A DNA stretch of 64,000 nt from an uncultured Cypionkella sp. (lineage in GTDB: Bacteria; Pseudomonadota; Alphaproteobacteria; Rhodobacterales; Rhodobacteraceae). Location of the stretch: assembly GCA_964387655.1 (NCBI GenBank), contig CAYLYV010000003.1, positions 9,409 to 73,408 of the forward strand, written 5' to 3'. Every line of letters starts with the position of its first letter. Position 1 is the stretch's first letter. Positions 56,283 to 64,000 of this stretch are shown piece after piece. The translations under genes and the position numbers were made by a program. A model generated the notes under the pieces. It worked only from the letters and a program-made list of their open reading frames with translations. It made no database searches and was not told the DNA's origin.

Positions 56283-57095
56283 ATGATGACCGATAAGATC
56301 AAGATCGCCGAACTGACCAGCGAAGAAGCGCGGCAGTATCTGAACAAGGATGCCGTGATCCTGCTGCCGATGGGCTCGCTTGAGGATCAGGGCACCCATG
56401 CGCCGATGGGCGACTATCTGGCCGCCGAATGCGTGGCGCTGGATATTGCCCGCGCCGCACGTGCCGAAGGCGTGCCGACATTCATCGCCCCAGTGATCCC
56501 GTTTGGCGGCGCTGATTATTTCGGCTCGTCGCACGGCGGGATCGCCATCAGCCAATCCACACTGGCAGCCTTGCTCGATGATATGTTTGCCAGCCTGTCG
56601 CGCCACGGCCTGACCAAGATCCTCGTGATCAACGGGCATGGCGGCAATGTCGGCCCGATCAATGACGTGGCGCTGAAATGGCGGCAGAAGAACGGGATGT
56701 TCGTGGCCTCGATGTATCTCTGGCAGATCAGCTATGAGCTGCTGAAAGACATTCTCGGGCCGGAGCAGGCCGCGAAATCCTCGGGCCACGGTGGCGATCC
56801 GCTGACCTCAATCGGGCTGCACTACTACCCGGAAATCCTGCGGCTTGATATGCGTCAGGCACCGCCCAAGGGCCAGAAAGCCATGGGCGTGGATGTGGCC
56901 GGGTTTGCGGCGATCAAATACGATGGTGCACGCCTGCAAGCCCCGATTGAGGCGATTGAAAGCGCACCGCATGGCGTCTGGGGTGGCGATCCGGTGCATT
57001 GCTCGGCCGAAACCGGCAAGGCGCTCAGCGACCGTTTGGTCAAGATCGGCGCTGGTTTCATCCGCGACCACGTCTCCAAAGCCTTCGCGGCCTGA
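56283..57095 (+). CDS. creatininase-family amidohydrolase
   Basis: ILLPMGSLEDQGTHAPMGDY, INGHGGN, and a GHGGDPLTS-type metal site. Confidence 0.75.
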   Translation: MMTDKIKIAELTSEEARQYLNKDAVILLPMGSLEDQGTHAPMGDYLAAECVALDIARAARAEGVPTFIAPVIPFGGADYFGSSHGGIAISQSTLAALLDDMFASLSRHGLTKILVINGHGGNVGPINDVALKWRQKNGMFVASMYLWQISYELLKDILGPEQAAKSSGHGGDPLTSIGLHYYPEILRLDMRQAPPKGQKAMGVDVAGFAAIKYDGARLQAPIEAIESAPHGVWGGDPVHCSAETGKALSDRLVKIGAGFIRDHVSKAFAA

Positions 57096-57168
57096 GCCTT
57101 ACCGGGCATTCCTCACCCGCAGGGGCGGCTGTTGCGCCGCCCCTGCCCGCATCGCAAAGAAGATCGAT

Positions 57169-60045
57169 ATGGCGCTCTACCCGGATTTTCTGAATGCCCT
57201 GCGCGATGCGGGCTTCGAAGGCGATCTGACCGAAGCCGTATCCGACCGGATCGTGCTGGCCACTGACAATTCGATTTATCAGGTGCTGCCCGAGGCCGTG
57301 GCCTTTCCGCGCAGCACTGCCGATCTGCAACGCATCGCCCGCCTGCTGACCGATCGGCGCTTTGGTCAGGTCGTCCTGCGTCCGCGGGGCGGTGGCACCG
57401 GAACCAACGGGCAATCTCTGGGCGCGGGACTGGTGGTCGATTGCGCGCGTCACATGACCGGGATTCTAGAGATCAACCCCGCCGAGCGCTGGGTTCGTGT
57501 CCAGCCCGGCGTGATCAAGGATCATCTGAATGTGGCACTTGCCGCACATGGCCTGTTCTTTGCACCGGAACTCTCTACCTCGTCCCGCGCGACCATTGGC
57601 GGCATGGTTTCTACCGATGCTTGCGGTCAGGGGTCGTGCATGTACGGTAAAACCAGCGACCATGTACTGGCATTGACCGCTATTTTGCCGGGCGGCGATA
57701 TCCTATACACTGGCGCACATCCCCCCGAGACGCTGGCCGAAATGCCTGGGCGCGCAGGTGAGATTCTTCGGATGCTGCACGGGATTGCCACTGATCAGGC
57801 TGATCTGATTTCCGAGCAGTTTCCAAAAATGAACCGCAGCCTGACTGGCTATGATCTAGCCCATATCCGCCGCCCGGATGGCAGCATAGATGCGGGTGCT
57901 GTGATTTGCGGAGCCGAAGGCACGCTGGCGCTCATTGCCGAAGTGCGGCTGAATGTGCTGCCTGTTCCGAAACTATCGGCGCTGGTGAACGTCTTCTACG
58001 ATAATTTTCAATCCGCGCTGCGCGATGCCCGTGCGTTGGCCGTGATGGGTGCGACCTCGGTGGAGACCATTGACAGTCGGGTTCTGGGGCTGGCGCGTGC
58101 TGATGTGGCTTGGCGTGAGGTGGCGGCGTTTTTTCCCGATACTGCGGCCAAGGGCGTCACTCTGGTGGAATTCACGGGTGACAGTCAGGTCGAGATTGAT
58201 ACCGCCATTGCGCGTCTGGTGGCCGAGCTTGCCACCCCGATCAACGGGCGGCGCGGGCATTCGCTGGCCTTCGGGGCTTCGGTCGAGCGTATCTGGAGCA
58301 TGCGCAAAAAATCCGTGGGCTTGCTTGGCAAAACCGCCGGGCCCAAACGCCCGCTTCCCTTCGTCGAGGATTGCGCCGTGCTGCCCGCGGAATTGGAGGC
58401 CTTCATCGCAGGCTTTCGCGCCATTCTGGACGCCGAGGGGCTTGAATATGGCATGTTCGGCCATGTCGATGCCGGAGTGTTACATGTCCGCCCGGCGCTT
58501 GATCTGACCGACCCGGCACAAGAGCCGTTGATCCGCAAGATCACCGAAGCCGTGCATGCTCTGGCGCGGCGGCATGGCGGGCTGCTGTGGGGCGAACACG
58601 GCAAGGGCGTGCGCTCGGAATTTGTGCCCGAAGTGTTCGGCCCGCTTTATCCCTTTCTGCAAGACATCAAACGTGCCTTTGATCCGGGCAACCAAATGAA
58701 CCCCGGCAAGATCGCGTCCCCCTCTGATACTCCGCTGATGCAGATCGACGGCGTGGCGCTGCGGGGGCAGGCCGACCGTCAGATCGCCCCAGCCACCCGC
58801 GCTGCCTTTGCCCCGGCGCTCGCCTGCAACGGCAACGGTGCCTGCTTCGCCCAATCTGCCGCCGAGGTGATGTGCCCGTCTTACAAAGCCACCGGCGACC
58901 GACGGCATTCGCCCAAGGGCCGCGCCGGTCTGGTGCGGGAATGGTTGCGTCAGGGCGGGCTCGAGGGGGGCGCCAATCCGCAGTTCGAGGCCGAGGTGAA
59001 GGATGCGCTGGATGGCTGCCTGTCCTGCCGCGCTTGTTCGCGGGCCTGCCCGGTGCAGGTCGATGTGCCTGCGTTCCGGGTGAAATTCATGGAAAGCTGG
59101 TTTACCCGCCACCGCCGCCCGCTGTCAGATCACGCGCTGGCGGCTCTGGAGCCGCTTCTGCCGTTGGCTGAACGTCTCCGCCCGCTGTTCAATCTGGCGG
59201 TCACCGGGTTGGGGGCGGCGGTGATGCGAAAACTCGGCCTACACCATCTGCCGGTGATGCCCGCCCTGAACCTGAGGCATGCGCTGGCGCAGCGTGGCAT
59301 TCGCACGGTCGGCACCCCTCTGCCCGATCCCGCGACCAGCATTGTGATTGTGCCCGACGCCTTCACCCGATTCTTCGAGCCGAAATTGCTGTTGGATCTG
59401 GCTGATGTGATCACAGCGCTCGGGTTTCAACCGTGGATCGCTCGTTACCACCCAAGCGGCAAGCCGCTGCATGTGCTGGGCCGTCTGGCGGCCTTTCGGC
59501 GCACCGCCGCGCGGCAAACCACCTATCTCGACCGACTTTCGGCAGCGGGCCTGACCCTCGTCGGGATCGAACCCGCGGTAACGCTGAGCTACGGCGACGA
59601 ATATCACGAGGCTTTGGGCAAACCCGGCCCACAGGTGCTGCTGCCGCAGGAATGGCTTGCCCGTGTCGACGACCGGATACCACAGCGCACAGCAGGCCTG
59701 CGCCATGCAACCATGCGCCGGGCAACCCTGCTGTCCCATTGCACCGAAACCACGCTCCGCCCCGACACGGGTAACGCTTGGGCCGCAATCTTCGCCAAGC
59801 TCGGCGTCACGCTGGACCTCCCGAAGATCGGCTGTTGCGGAATGGCGGGTACTTGGGGGCATGAGCTGCGCAACGAGGCGACCTCGGCCATTATATTTGC
59901 ACAAAGCTGGGCCGGGGCCGCCACCGCGACGGATCAGCCGGTGCTGGCGACCGGTTTTTCCTGCCGCTGTCAAACTGCGGCGCGGGCGGGCGTGCAGATC
60001 GCCCATCCGATCACGCTGCTGAAAACCTGCCTGTCCGAATCCTGA
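57169..60045 (+). CDS. FAD-binding and (Fe-S)-binding dehydrogenase, YdiJ-like (D-2-hydroxyacid dehydrogenase fused to Fe-S/CCG domains)
   Basis: Start at MALYPDFL (57169). FAD_binding_4-like PRGGGTGTNGQS, ferredoxin-type CLSCRACSRACP, C-terminal Cys-rich (CCG) region GCCGMAG. Confidence 0.75.
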   Translation: MALYPDFLNALRDAGFEGDLTEAVSDRIVLATDNSIYQVLPEAVAFPRSTADLQRIARLLTDRRFGQVVLRPRGGGTGTNGQSLGAGLVVDCARHMTGILEINPAERWVRVQPGVIKDHLNVALAAHGLFFAPELSTSSRATIGGMVSTDACGQGSCMYGKTSDHVLALTAILPGGDILYTGAHPPETLAEMPGRAGEILRMLHGIATDQADLISEQFPKMNRSLTGYDLAHIRRPDGSIDAGAVICGAEGTLALIAEVRLNVLPVPKLSALVNVFYDNFQSALRDARALAVMGATSVETIDSRVLGLARADVAWREVAAFFPDTAAKGVTLVEFTGDSQVEIDTAIARLVAELATPINGRRGHSLAFGASVERIWSMRKKSVGLLGKTAGPKRPLPFVEDCAVLPAELEAFIAGFRAILDAEGLEYGMFGHVDAGVLHVRPALDLTDPAQEPLIRKITEAVHALARRHGGLLWGEHGKGVRSEFVPEVFGPLYPFLQDIKRAFDPGNQMNPGKIASPSDTPLMQIDGVALRGQADRQIAPATRAAFAPALACNGNGACFAQSAAEVMCPSYKATGDRRHSPKGRAGLVREWLRQGGLEGGANPQFEAEVKDALDGCLSCRACSRACPVQVDVPAFRVKFMESWFTRHRRPLSDHALAALEPLLPLAERLRPLFNLAVTGLGAAVMRKLGLHHLPVMPALNLRHALAQRGIRTVGTPLPDPATSIVIVPDAFTRFFEPKLLLDLADVITALGFQPWIARYHPSGKPLHVLGRLAAFRRTAARQTTYLDRLSAAGLTLVGIEPAVTLSYGDEYHEALGKPGPQVLLPQEWLARVDDRIPQRTAGLRHATMRRATLLSHCTETTLRPDTGNAWAAIFAKLGVTLDLPKIGCCGMAGTWGHELRNEATSAIIFAQSWAGAATATDQPVLATGFSCRCQTAARAGVQIAHPITLLKTCLSES

Positions 60046-60093
60046 AGCCGCAGGCCAATATCCTACAGCCTGACGGCACAGCCTCGTCCACGT

Positions 60094-61011
60094 TCAGTGG
60101 GGCACAAAGGTGACATAGCGCGGATGCGCCGTCGCCCATTCCTCGGCAGCCTGTCGGGCAAGCTGAAATATCTGCTCGGTCTGCACTTTGCGCGCCTTGT
60201 TGACATGAACGCATCGGATATCCAGCGGGGCAAGCCGCACCGTCGTCGGTATTTCGACAAGCATGCCCGTGGCGATCTCATGCTCAAGCGCCGCAAGAGG
60301 CACCGCAGATGCGCCATAGCCGCAGCGCACCATATCGCAGATCGTCGCCAAAGAGTTGCCGGTGTGGCGCGCGCTTGGCCGTCGACGCGTTTCTTCGATC
60401 AACTCTGCCACCGGGCCGAACAATGGCGAAGTGTGGGGATACAACACAAGGGGCAGTTCGCGCAGATCATCCGGGGTCAGCGGCCTGACAATTTCACCCA
60501 CCACGTCTGGCCGCGCCGCCCAGCCAACATGATACAAGACCGAAAAGCTGTTCTGGATCTGTGGCAAGCCCGCCTCACCCGTGACAAAAGCCATGTCGAG
60601 CGCACCCGATTTCACCAGCGGACGCAAATCAACATTGCCCCCCGAATAGAAGTCGACCAACGGCGCATCGGGCATGGCTGCGATCTTGCGCCGCAGTGTG
60701 ACACCCCATGTCTGGCTGACCATAGCAACCAAACCAATCGTATAACGTTTTTTTTGTTTTGATTTTAGCCGGCTGGTCAGCGCTTCGCTTAAATTAAGGA
60801 ACGTTTCGGCGTACTCAGCTACTTCGTGACCCTGTTCCGTCAGTGTGAAGTCGGATTGCGAACGATCGATCAGCGGCACACCAAAACTTTCCTCAAGACC
60901 GGAAATGCGTGCAGAAACAGCAGGCTGCGTAAGGCCGATGTGATCGGCAACGCGCTGATAACTCTGAAGACGTGTGAGCCAATAAAAGGCTTCAAGCTGT
61001 TTAAAGTTCAT
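60094..61011 (-). CDS. LysR-family transcriptional regulator
   Basis: Start at MNFKQLEAFYWL...LTQPAVSARISGLEE (HTH_1) plus a LysR substrate-binding domain. Divergent from ghrA. Confidence 0.85.
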   Translation of the reverse strand: MNFKQLEAFYWLTRLQSYQRVADHIGLTQPAVSARISGLEESFGVPLIDRSQSDFTLTEQGHEVAEYAETFLNLSEALTSRLKSKQKKRYTIGLVAMVSQTWGVTLRRKIAAMPDAPLVDFYSGGNVDLRPLVKSGALDMAFVTGEAGLPQIQNSFSVLYHVGWAARPDVVGEIVRPLTPDDLRELPLVLYPHTSPLFGPVAELIEETRRRPSARHTGNSLATICDMVRCGYGASAVPLAALEHEIATGMLVEIPTTVRLAPLDIRCVHVNKARKVQTEQIFQLARQAAEEWATAHPRYVTFVPH

Positions 61012-61170
61012 GCCCAGACTATAGCCCAACCGTCGGGGGTTTCTACATAAAAACCTTCTATCAGAGGCACAAGGATTTTTGCTTTGACGCGCCGCTGCAC
61101 AGTGACTTGAATGGGTGTGAATTCACCTGGGCCGAACCTGTCGGCGCGATACACGATCCAAGGACACACG

Positions 61171-62103
61171 ATGAGCATTGCCGTTTCCCTGCCTTCCAGT
61201 GACAAGACCGAATGGTGGTGCCAGATGCTCCGCGATCTGATGCCGGATTGGAATATCTATCCGATCGACAAAGTGCCCGACCCCGATGCCATCACCTATT
61301 CGGTGGTTTGGCGACCCTCGACCGGGGCGATGACGCCGTTCCGAAATCTGAAAGCTATCGTGTCGCTGGGCGCGGGGATCGACCATGTGTTGGCCGATGA
61401 GAAGCTGCCCGAGGATGTGCCGATTATTCGCACCGTGGGCACCGATCTGACACAGCGGATGAAAGAATACATCGCGCTGCATGTTCTGCGCCACCACCGC
61501 GAGTTGCCGCAGATCCAAGCCAATCAGGCTGCGCATGTCTGGGATCAGATCATCGTGCCGCCAGCACCCGAACGCCGTGTTGGCATTATGGGCTTGGGCA
61601 ATCTGGGGGCTGCGGCAGCACAGATGCTGGCGCAGATTGGCTTCAATGTGGTGGGCTGGTCGCGCTCCCCAAAGACCATCGCCGGCGTGACAACCTATGC
61701 GGGCGACGCGTCATTCGGCACATTTCTCGACGGAACTGAAATTCTTGTCTGCCTTCTGCCGCTGACCGACAGCACGCTGGGCATCCTGAACGCCGATACC
61801 TTTAACCGGCTCAAGCGTGGGGCGAGCGTTATCAACGCCGCGCGCGGCCCGCATTTGGTGGACAGAGACCTGATCGAGGCGCTGAGTTCGGGGCAGATCG
61901 CGGCAGCGACGTTGGATGTCTTCCATGTGGAGCCGCTGTCAAAGGACCACCCGTTCTGGGGTCATCCGCGGATCACAGTTACACCACATGTTGCCTCGAT
62001 GATTGACGCGCCGACCGGCAGCAAGATCGTTGCCAAGAACATCCGCGTCTTTGAGGAAACCGGCTCCGTTGCCGATCTGGCTGACGCGAAAAGAGGCTAC
62101 TAG
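61171..62103 (+). CDS. ghrA: glyoxylate/hydroxypyruvate reductase A-like 2-hydroxyacid dehydrogenase
   Basis: Colinear by eye with E. coli GhrA: ..WW..L.., GAGIDH, GIMGLGNLG, ARGPHLV, DVFHVEPL, PRITVTPHVA, ending KRGY. Confidence 0.75.
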   Translation: MSIAVSLPSSDKTEWWCQMLRDLMPDWNIYPIDKVPDPDAITYSVVWRPSTGAMTPFRNLKAIVSLGAGIDHVLADEKLPEDVPIIRTVGTDLTQRMKEYIALHVLRHHRELPQIQANQAAHVWDQIIVPPAPERRVGIMGLGNLGAAAAQMLAQIGFNVVGWSRSPKTIAGVTTYAGDASFGTFLDGTEILVCLLPLTDSTLGILNADTFNRLKRGASVINAARGPHLVDRDLIEALSSGQIAAATLDVFHVEPLSKDHPFWGHPRITVTPHVASMIDAPTGSKIVAKNIRVFEETGSVADLADAKRGY

Positions 62104-62142
62104 CCGCGACAGACCGCAGCCATCCCTCTACGCCTCCCCCCT

Positions 62143-62169
62143 CCGGCCCCACATGGGGCCGGCTTTTTG
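62143..62169 (+). terminator. rho-independent terminator of ghrA
   Basis: CCGGCCCC-acat-GGGGCCGG followed by CTTTTTG. Confidence 0.75.
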
Positions 62170-62529
62170 CTTTGTGCCATGCAGATAATTCACATAATTA
62201 TTATGTAATTTCAGTTAGATAAGTCAAAGTCATCGCAGCTCCATCCAAATTTTTTCGATGCATTCATAAAGAAAATTCGATTGGACATTCCTGGCAGCAA
62301 ACCGTTGCATCACCTCATGAACCGGGCCGCACGAAGCCCGAAAATACCTCTATCCGCCCCGGTCGTGACCGGAGCCACATGATCCGTCCCGCCTGCAACA
62401 GCGCACGGTCAGCCACCGCCGGTGGCCGGTTTCCGGCTGCGCCTCTGACAGGCAGGTCCGCCTGCGCGCCACACGAAACGGTGCCTCCGCTCTTGCGGAG
62501 AGCCCCCATCCAACAGGAGACTGCCTTCG

Positions 62530-63594
62530 ATGATACCTCGCTTTTTCCATGCCATCGCCGCCTCGACCCTCGCCGCCTCATGGCTTTTGACCACCGCCGC
62601 CCATGCCCAGACCAGCGACGTGTCGGGCACCATCACGCTGTCGGCTTACTCTGGCGTCTTCCAAGACAAATACACCGAAGCCGTCATCAAGCCTTTCCAA
62701 GAAAAGTTTCCGGGCGTGACGGTCACCTACTTCGGCAACACTGCCTCCTCGGTGATGTTGGGAAACCTGCGGTCACAGGCCAGTGACGTGCAGACCGATG
62801 TGGTGATTTTTGATGTGTCAACCGCGCTGATTGGCAACAAGGAAGATCTGCTCGCACCGCTGTCGGTGGCCGATATTCCGAACCTGGCCGATCTGCTGCC
62901 ACAGGCGACGGTGCAGGAAGGCTACGGCCCCGCGGTCACGTTTGACAACCTCGTATTGATCTATGACACCGCCGCCATCGCGACCAAACCAGAGTCGCTG
63001 TCGGTGCTGTGGGATCCCCAATATGCGGGCAAACTGGCCATCACTGCGATGCCCTCGATCCTCGGTTCGGGATTGATGGTGATAACCTCGGCGATGCTGG
63101 GCGAAGACTACACCCAGGCGGTAGAACAATCAGCCGCCAAACTGGCCGAACTGGCACCCGCCGTGCAGACCTTCGACCCCAAACCCGATTCCTATACGCT
63201 GGTGATCAACGGTTCTGTCGCACTGGCCACCGGCTGGAACGCCCGCGCGCAATATTACGCAGATCAATCCGCCGGAAAGCTGGGCGTGGTCCTGCCCAAG
63301 GAAGGCAGCATCCTGCAAATCAACACGATCAATCTGATAAAAGGCTCCAAAAACAAAGCCGCAGCCAAGGCCTTCATCAACTACGCCTTGTCGCCCGAAG
63401 CCCAGGCCGCCTTCACCGAAGCGATGTTCTATGCCCCGGTGAACGCCAAAGCCGTCGTCAGCCCCGAAGCCACCGCGCGCACGGTATCTGGTCAACTCGA
63501 CAAGATGCTGCCGCTCGATTGGGCTTGGGCTGCGACAAAATCCGAGCAGTGGAACCAGATCTGGAAACGCCAGATCATCTCGGCCAGCAACTGA
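62530..63594 (+). CDS. ABC transporter substrate-binding protein, PotD/PotF-like (family 1)
   Basis: Signal peptide ...LLTTAAHAQ. SBP_bac_1/8-like body with 'GKLA...MP' and 'WNARAQ' segments. Confidence 0.8.
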   Translation: MIPRFFHAIAASTLAASWLLTTAAHAQTSDVSGTITLSAYSGVFQDKYTEAVIKPFQEKFPGVTVTYFGNTASSVMLGNLRSQASDVQTDVVIFDVSTALIGNKEDLLAPLSVADIPNLADLLPQATVQEGYGPAVTFDNLVLIYDTAAIATKPESLSVLWDPQYAGKLAITAMPSILGSGLMVITSAMLGEDYTQAVEQSAAKLAELAPAVQTFDPKPDSYTLVINGSVALATGWNARAQYYADQSAGKLGVVLPKEGSILQINTINLIKGSKNKAAAKAFINYALSPEAQAAFTEAMFYAPVNAKAVVSPEATARTVSGQLDKMLPLDWAWAATKSEQWNQIWKRQIISASN

Positions 63595-63613
63595 CAGCGG
63601 AACGGACGGTCCC

Positions 63614-64000
63614 ATGAACCTGCACCTTTCCCCGGCGGCATCGGCTGACACCACCCCCCCGCATATCCGCATCGACCGGTTGAGCTTCGATTATGGCGGC
63701 GCGCGGCCTGCGGTGGACGCCCTGTCCTTCGACATCGCAAAGGGCGAGTTCATCGGACTTCTGGGCCCGTCCGGCTGCGGCAAATCCACCACCTTGCGGA
63801 TGTTCGCGGGGCTTCTGGCCCCCACCTCGGGCCAGATCACCATCGGCGGGCAGAACATCGTGTCGCGCCCACCATGGGACCGCAATCTGGGGCTGGTGTT
63901 CCAGTCCTACGCGCTGTTCCCGCATATGACCGTTGCGCAAAACGTGGCTTTCGGGTTGCGGTTGCGCAAGGTCAGCAAGGAAGACCAACGCGCCCGCGTC
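63614..64000 (+). CDS. ABC transporter ATP-binding protein, PotA-like (N-terminal part; continues beyond the window)
   Basis: Hand translation from ATG 63614: MNLHLSPAAS...LLGPSGCGKSTTLRMFAGL...LVFQSYALFPHMTV. Not in the ORF track because no stop is reached. Confidence 0.85.
   Translation, partial: MNLHLSPAASADTTPPHIRIDRLSFDYGGARPAVDALSFDIAKGEFIGLLGPSGCGKSTTLRMFAGLLAPTSGQITIGGQNIVSRPPWDRNLGLVFQSYALFPHMTVAQNVAFGLRLRKVSKEDQRARV

Overview
High-GC, gene-dense 64-kb segment that looks alphaproteobacterial (Rhodobacterales/Rhizobiales-like gene content; taxon not verifiable without a search). It is a mosaic of catabolic or transport modules and horizontally acquired blocks, with many gene remnants. 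Left to right: (1) PotBC-type ABC permeases, DmpA-type peptidase, ABC exporter, phhA with a divergent Lrp regulator. (2) Pseudogene debris, then a PAS/HisKA_2 kinase with a single-domain response regulator, a PHB-depolymerase-family esterase, an SDR, an AHL-lactonase-like MBL hydrolase and an aminotransferase. (3) A two-gene stress operon behind a textbook EcfG-type promoter (GGAAC-N16-CGTT). (4) More debris (RibA and cupin fragments). (5) An frl-like fructosamine or opine catabolic locus: HutC/GntR regulator, amino-acid-type ABC transporter, FAD oxidase, FrlD-like kinase, FrlB-like deglycase, with repeated GTTGTC-N-GACAAC operators. (6) A complete NO/nitrite island: norCBQD plus two coupled micro-ORFs, a DUF1858 gene, nnrS, nnrR, pseudoazurin and nirK-nirV. 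Three NnrR/FNR-type boxes sit at a constant distance from the start codons. (7) An IS3-family remnant and an intact IS5/IS427-group element. (8) A more AT-rich block carrying a compact synthase-type exopolysaccharide module: acyltransferase-3, GH26-like hydrolase, processive GT2 beta-glycan synthase, galE, UDP-xylose synthase and a Sel1-repeat/PG-binding periplasmic protein. An unusual AT-rich control region with twin 15-bp palindromes lies inside it. This is my best candidate for an undescribed system. (9) A decay zone: truncated aminotransferase, RraA-like genes, IS3 remnant, integrase remnant, a ~1040-aa RTX repeat protein, a dnaE2 3' fragment and a PhtD-like pseudogene. (10) A peptide-type ABC transporter with a fused permease-ATPase, creatininase-family hydrolase, YdiJ-like FAD/Fe-S dehydrogenase, LysR and ghrA. 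(11) The start of another PotD/PotA-type transporter. I found no rRNA, tRNA or CRISPR array. All calls rest on reading the translated ORFs and the DNA by eye. No searches or computations were run.
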